A stretch of 32,000 nucleotides of DNA from Moraxella nasovis (GTDB lineage: Bacteria > Pseudomonadota > Gammaproteobacteria > Pseudomonadales > Moraxellaceae). The position numbers and the translations under genes were made by a program. The stretch covers positions 690,001-722,000 of the forward strand of contig NZ_CP089976.1 in the NCBI RefSeq assembly GCF_022701215.1. The letters are read 5' to 3'. Positions 29,861 to 32,000 of this stretch are shown here, one piece after another; positions within the stretch are counted from its first letter, which is position 1, and every line of letters begins with the position of its first letter. The notes beneath the pieces were generated by a model. That model worked only from the letters and a program-made list of their open reading frames with translations. It ran no database searches and was not told the DNA's origin.

Positions 29861-30091
29861 CTAATCTTGACGATTAAAACTTCTCATCATCGCACTCATC
29901 TCATCGACATTTTTTGTGAACTGACGACACTTCTTACACATGACTAAGTGCGTGCTTAGCATAAGCTGCTCAATCCAAGTTAATCGACCGTCCTTTTTTA
30001 GAGTGATCAGTTGGCTGACTTTATAGCAGTGTCCTTTTGGGTGAGTCATTTGTTCCCCATGATCAGCTTTCGTGTTGCATTCATCGCTCAT
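29861..30091 (-). CDS. Soluble ZAS-type (zf-HC2) anti-sigma factor
   Basis: 76 aa with no TM segment. Zinc/redox ligand pattern: C22 is followed, 25 residues later, by H48-x3-C52-x2-C55 (THLVMCKKC, DNA 29927-29950). This is the same Cys-to-His spacing as the RsrA-type ZAS motif. It lies 49 nt downstream of the ECF sigma gene. Confidence 0.7.
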   Translation of the reverse strand: MSDECNTKADHGEQMTHPKGHCYKVSQLITLKKDGRLTWIEQLMLSTHLVMCKKCRQFTKNVDEMSAMMRSFNRQD

Positions 30092-30103
30092 ATTTTATTC
30101 CGT

Positions 30104-30130
30104 GCTAATGTTGTTGTAGCTAATGTTGTT
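30104..30130 (-). repeat. Tandem direct repeat GCTAATGTTGTT x2 with a 15-bp period. On the mRNA it reads AACAACAUUAGC-UAC-AACAACAUUAGC.
   Basis: The copies at 30104-30115 and 30119-30130 are identical. The repeat fills the spacer between the sigma stop (30141) and the anti-sigma ATG (30091). Confidence 0.7.
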
Positions 30131-30140
30131 ATAAATACCA

Positions 30141-30746
30141 TCATACATCAAACCAATGCGTCTGCAAGCATTGTTGTAGCCTTAGGCGAGTGCGGTGCAT
30201 TGTGGTATAAAAGTTGGACGGACTGATTGCACACGTTTTACAAATCTCGTCTGCTTCAAAGCCGATACATTCTTTCATCAAAAAAATGCGTGCATACAAA
30301 GGCGGTAAGTGCGACAAACACAGCTCCAACACCTGCCAAAATTCTGCCGATTCGCTGTCATCATCACATCGCCATGATGAAAGGTCCGCCACGTCCACAT
30401 CGCCATGCCATGCTCCTTTTTGATTAAATAGCGTGGCAATCATCACCTGATCGCCATCATCGCTCATATCAGATAGGCTAAGCATCTGTTTTTGACCACG
30501 AATCACATCAATGATTTTGTTTTTTAAGATGGCAAATACCCAAGTTTTGAAGGCGGATTTACCGACAAATTTATCTTGGTGCGATACTGCAAGAAGCCAA
30601 GCGTCTTGTACCACATCTTCTGCCAAGGCGTGATTATTCAGCTGAGAGACGGCAAAACCTAATAGCATGGGGTATAAATCGTCTATCGCACCGTCATTGA
30701 GCTCATCTTTGTGTGCATTCAATTCATCTTTTGGTGAATGTGTCAT
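30141..30746 (-). CDS. ECF (group 4) RNA polymerase sigma factor
   Basis: 201 aa. Region 2 reads AEDVVQDAWLLAVSHQDKFVGKSAFKTWVFAILKNKIIDVIR. Region 4 HTH reads EADEICKTCAISPSNFYTTMHRTRLRLQQCL. The ATG at 30744-30746 lies 23 nt inside the preceding doxX ORF. Confidence 0.85.
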   Translation of the reverse strand: MTHSPKDELNAHKDELNDGAIDDLYPMLLGFAVSQLNNHALAEDVVQDAWLLAVSHQDKFVGKSAFKTWVFAILKNKIIDVIRGQKQMLSLSDMSDDGDQVMIATLFNQKGAWHGDVDVADLSSWRCDDDSESAEFWQVLELCLSHLPPLYARIFLMKECIGFEADEICKTCAISPSNFYTTMHRTRLRLQQCLQTHWFDV

Positions 30747-31440
30747 GACTTGTCTTCATTTCGTGGTATGTGATGGTTTTGGGCTGTGTGTGTTTGTGCA
30801 TCGCTTTGGCAAGCCAATAATCCACACTCAAAAATTTGCCTGCCCCAAAAAACAGCAACACCAAGAGCATTACAACATAAGTTGCCGCAAATTCAATGCC
30901 GTTATTTAAGACGACAAAATTCCCTGTCTCGGTCAGCCAGTCCATGTTGCCATGCTGTTCTAAGATTTGTCTTGCCATGCCAAGCCGTTCGCCAACTTCT
31001 ACGCTATTTGCCAGACTCTGCTGGGCTAAGTCTATATTAAACCACGCAAAAAACTGTGCCGTACTGGTCGCAGGGTCGCTTGGGGCAATGGCAAACCACC
31101 CATGCTCCCAATGCACCTTAAATAGTGCCACAAGCATGGCGATGAGCATGGGAATGCTAAATAATCTGGTCGCAATCCCAAACAAGATTGCCACACCGCC
31201 CACCAATTCAGCAAAAATCGCCAACGAAACCATCAAAGCTGGCATGGGTAGCCCAAGCCCCCAATCATCATTGCCAAACCACGCCACCATATCTGAAAAA
31301 TGTAGCCACTTATGTAGCCCTGCAATGATAAAAATAGGGGCAAGATACACCCTAATGGCAACTAATGGCACAAAGTCTAATTGGCTAATCGTGCGTGCTA
31401 GTCGGTTTTGGGTGCTACATAGCTTTGTCATCATACTCAT
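30724..31440 (-). CDS. DoxX-family integral membrane protein
   Basis: About 238 aa. DoxX hallmarks: RVYLAPIFIIAGLHKW, AIFAELVGGVAILFGIATRL, and the terminal FFGAGKFLSVDYWL. The track start at 31443 is a TTG, and an ATG lies at 31438-31440. The start overlaps the upstream DUF2063 ORF by 26 nt. Confidence 0.8.
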   Translation of the reverse strand: MSMMTKLCSTQNRLARTISQLDFVPLVAIRVYLAPIFIIAGLHKWLHFSDMVAWFGNDDWGLGLPMPALMVSLAIFAELVGGVAILFGIATRLFSIPMLIAMLVALFKVHWEHGWFAIAPSDPATSTAQFFAWFNIDLAQQSLANSVEVGERLGMARQILEQHGNMDWLTETGNFVVLNNGIEFAATYVVMLLVLLFFGAGKFLSVDYWLAKAMHKHTQPKTITYHEMKTSHDTFTKR

Positions 31441-32000
31441 CAATCAATATCTCTTCATTGGTTAAAAAATCTAGCAACTCTTCTGCAAATCCACGCATTT
31501 TTTCATCAAATACACTGCCCATGCCGATAAGAAAAGTCTCAAACAACGCAGACACACTCACAAAAGGTGTATCACGCTCCATCAAAAATTGTAATAATGT
31601 ATAAGTCAGTGCATTGATAGCCAAAGTATACACACCACCATCAGATTTTTGATACACCACCACAAAACTTAACTCACAGGCGATGTCTTCCACGTCATCT
31701 GCGATATTTGCGTGATGAACAGCAAACTCATAGTCCATGATGTGGGCGGTAGCGTTTAAGAAAATTTTGCGATTTTCTTGTTGTACTAGGCACTTTGGCA
31801 TAAGGCTTGGCAGTACTTCCACCAAAAGCTCCAAATGCTCATAATGAGCCAGCTCGCCAATCACGTTAGGCAGTGTGCCTTGTTTGCACTGGGTGTCCAA
31901 AAAGTGGGCAAAATCCCGATTGATGTCGGTAAAATAAGGACTGTGCAGAGCATAACTATCAAAAAACTGCTTACACAAGTCATCAAACTCATCGCCGAGT
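31415..32000 (-). CDS. DUF2063-family protein (HvfC/BufC-like). It is 5'-truncated by the window edge.
   Basis: The reading frame stays open to coordinate 32000 (..LGDEFDDLCKQFF..). The track 'M' at 31978 is an internal TTG. The core YALHSPYFTDINRDFAHFLDT..LPNVIGELAHYEHLELLV fits the DUF2063 pattern (..P.s..L...g..F..FL ... La.lE.a). About 60 N-terminal residues are expected outside the window. Confidence 0.65.
   Translation of the reverse strand, partial: LGDEFDDLCKQFFDSYALHSPYFTDINRDFAHFLDTQCKQGTLPNVIGELAHYEHLELLVEVLPSLMPKCLVQQENRKIFLNATAHIMDYEFAVHHANIADDVEDIACELSFVVVYQKSDGGVYTLAINALTYTLLQFLMERDTPFVSVSALFETFLIGMGSVFDEKMRGFAEELLDFLTNEEILIDEYDDKAM

Noticed and set aside
30896-31465. 189-aa plus-strand ORF (with 30786-31040 and 30667-30909) antisense to doxX
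   Set aside because: The opposite strand encodes a protein with clear DoxX hallmarks that is translationally coupled to its neighbours. The antisense ORF is Ser/Ala/Cys-rich and has no SD or recognisable motif. It is a typical shadow ORF.

Overview
This window looks like mostly core chromosome from a moderately AT-rich gammaproteobacterium. I infer a Moraxellaceae type (Moraxella/Psychrobacter/Acinetobacter-like) from gene content, the one-piece tmRNA with tag ANDETYALAA, and the AT-rich intergenic regions with clean hairpin terminators. No searches were possible, so all family calls rest on motifs read from the supplied translations and the DNA.

Housekeeping genes fill most of the window: fadH, a DUF442 protein, map, glnD, ssrA, topA, ftsK, trxB, murD, glnB, mutY, ispA, gph, comM, rapA, a 2-hydroxyacid dehydrogenase, and two tRNAs (Gly-GCC and Phe-GAA).

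Four places are not ordinary:
1. The right edge (29751-32000, minus strand) holds the tail of a tightly overlapped DUF2063-DoxX operon. It runs straight into an ECF sigma factor and a 76-aa ZAS-type (C..HxxxCxxC) anti-sigma. This matches the MNIO/'bufferin'-type RiPP metallophore locus architecture, and its enzyme and precursor genes should lie just beyond coordinate 32000.
2. A signal-peptide DRGH-type non-specific endonuclease is followed, 32 nt later, by a strongly acidic 80-aa cytoplasmic ORF. I think this ORF is a candidate nuclease inhibitor.
3. ssrA is followed by an island scar: a 53-codon N-terminal stub of a P4-type integrase, CACACA-core repeats, and about 330 bp I cannot assign.
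4. The 3' flank of tRNA-Gly carries a disrupted small XRE-type HTH gene, with the frame change inside an A8 run, plus a set of TTAGGCAC/GTGCCTAA sites.

I found no CRISPR array, rRNA or intact mobile element. The ORF track uses alternative start codons written as M, so several long N-terminal extensions were trimmed. Most short antisense ORFs were rejected.
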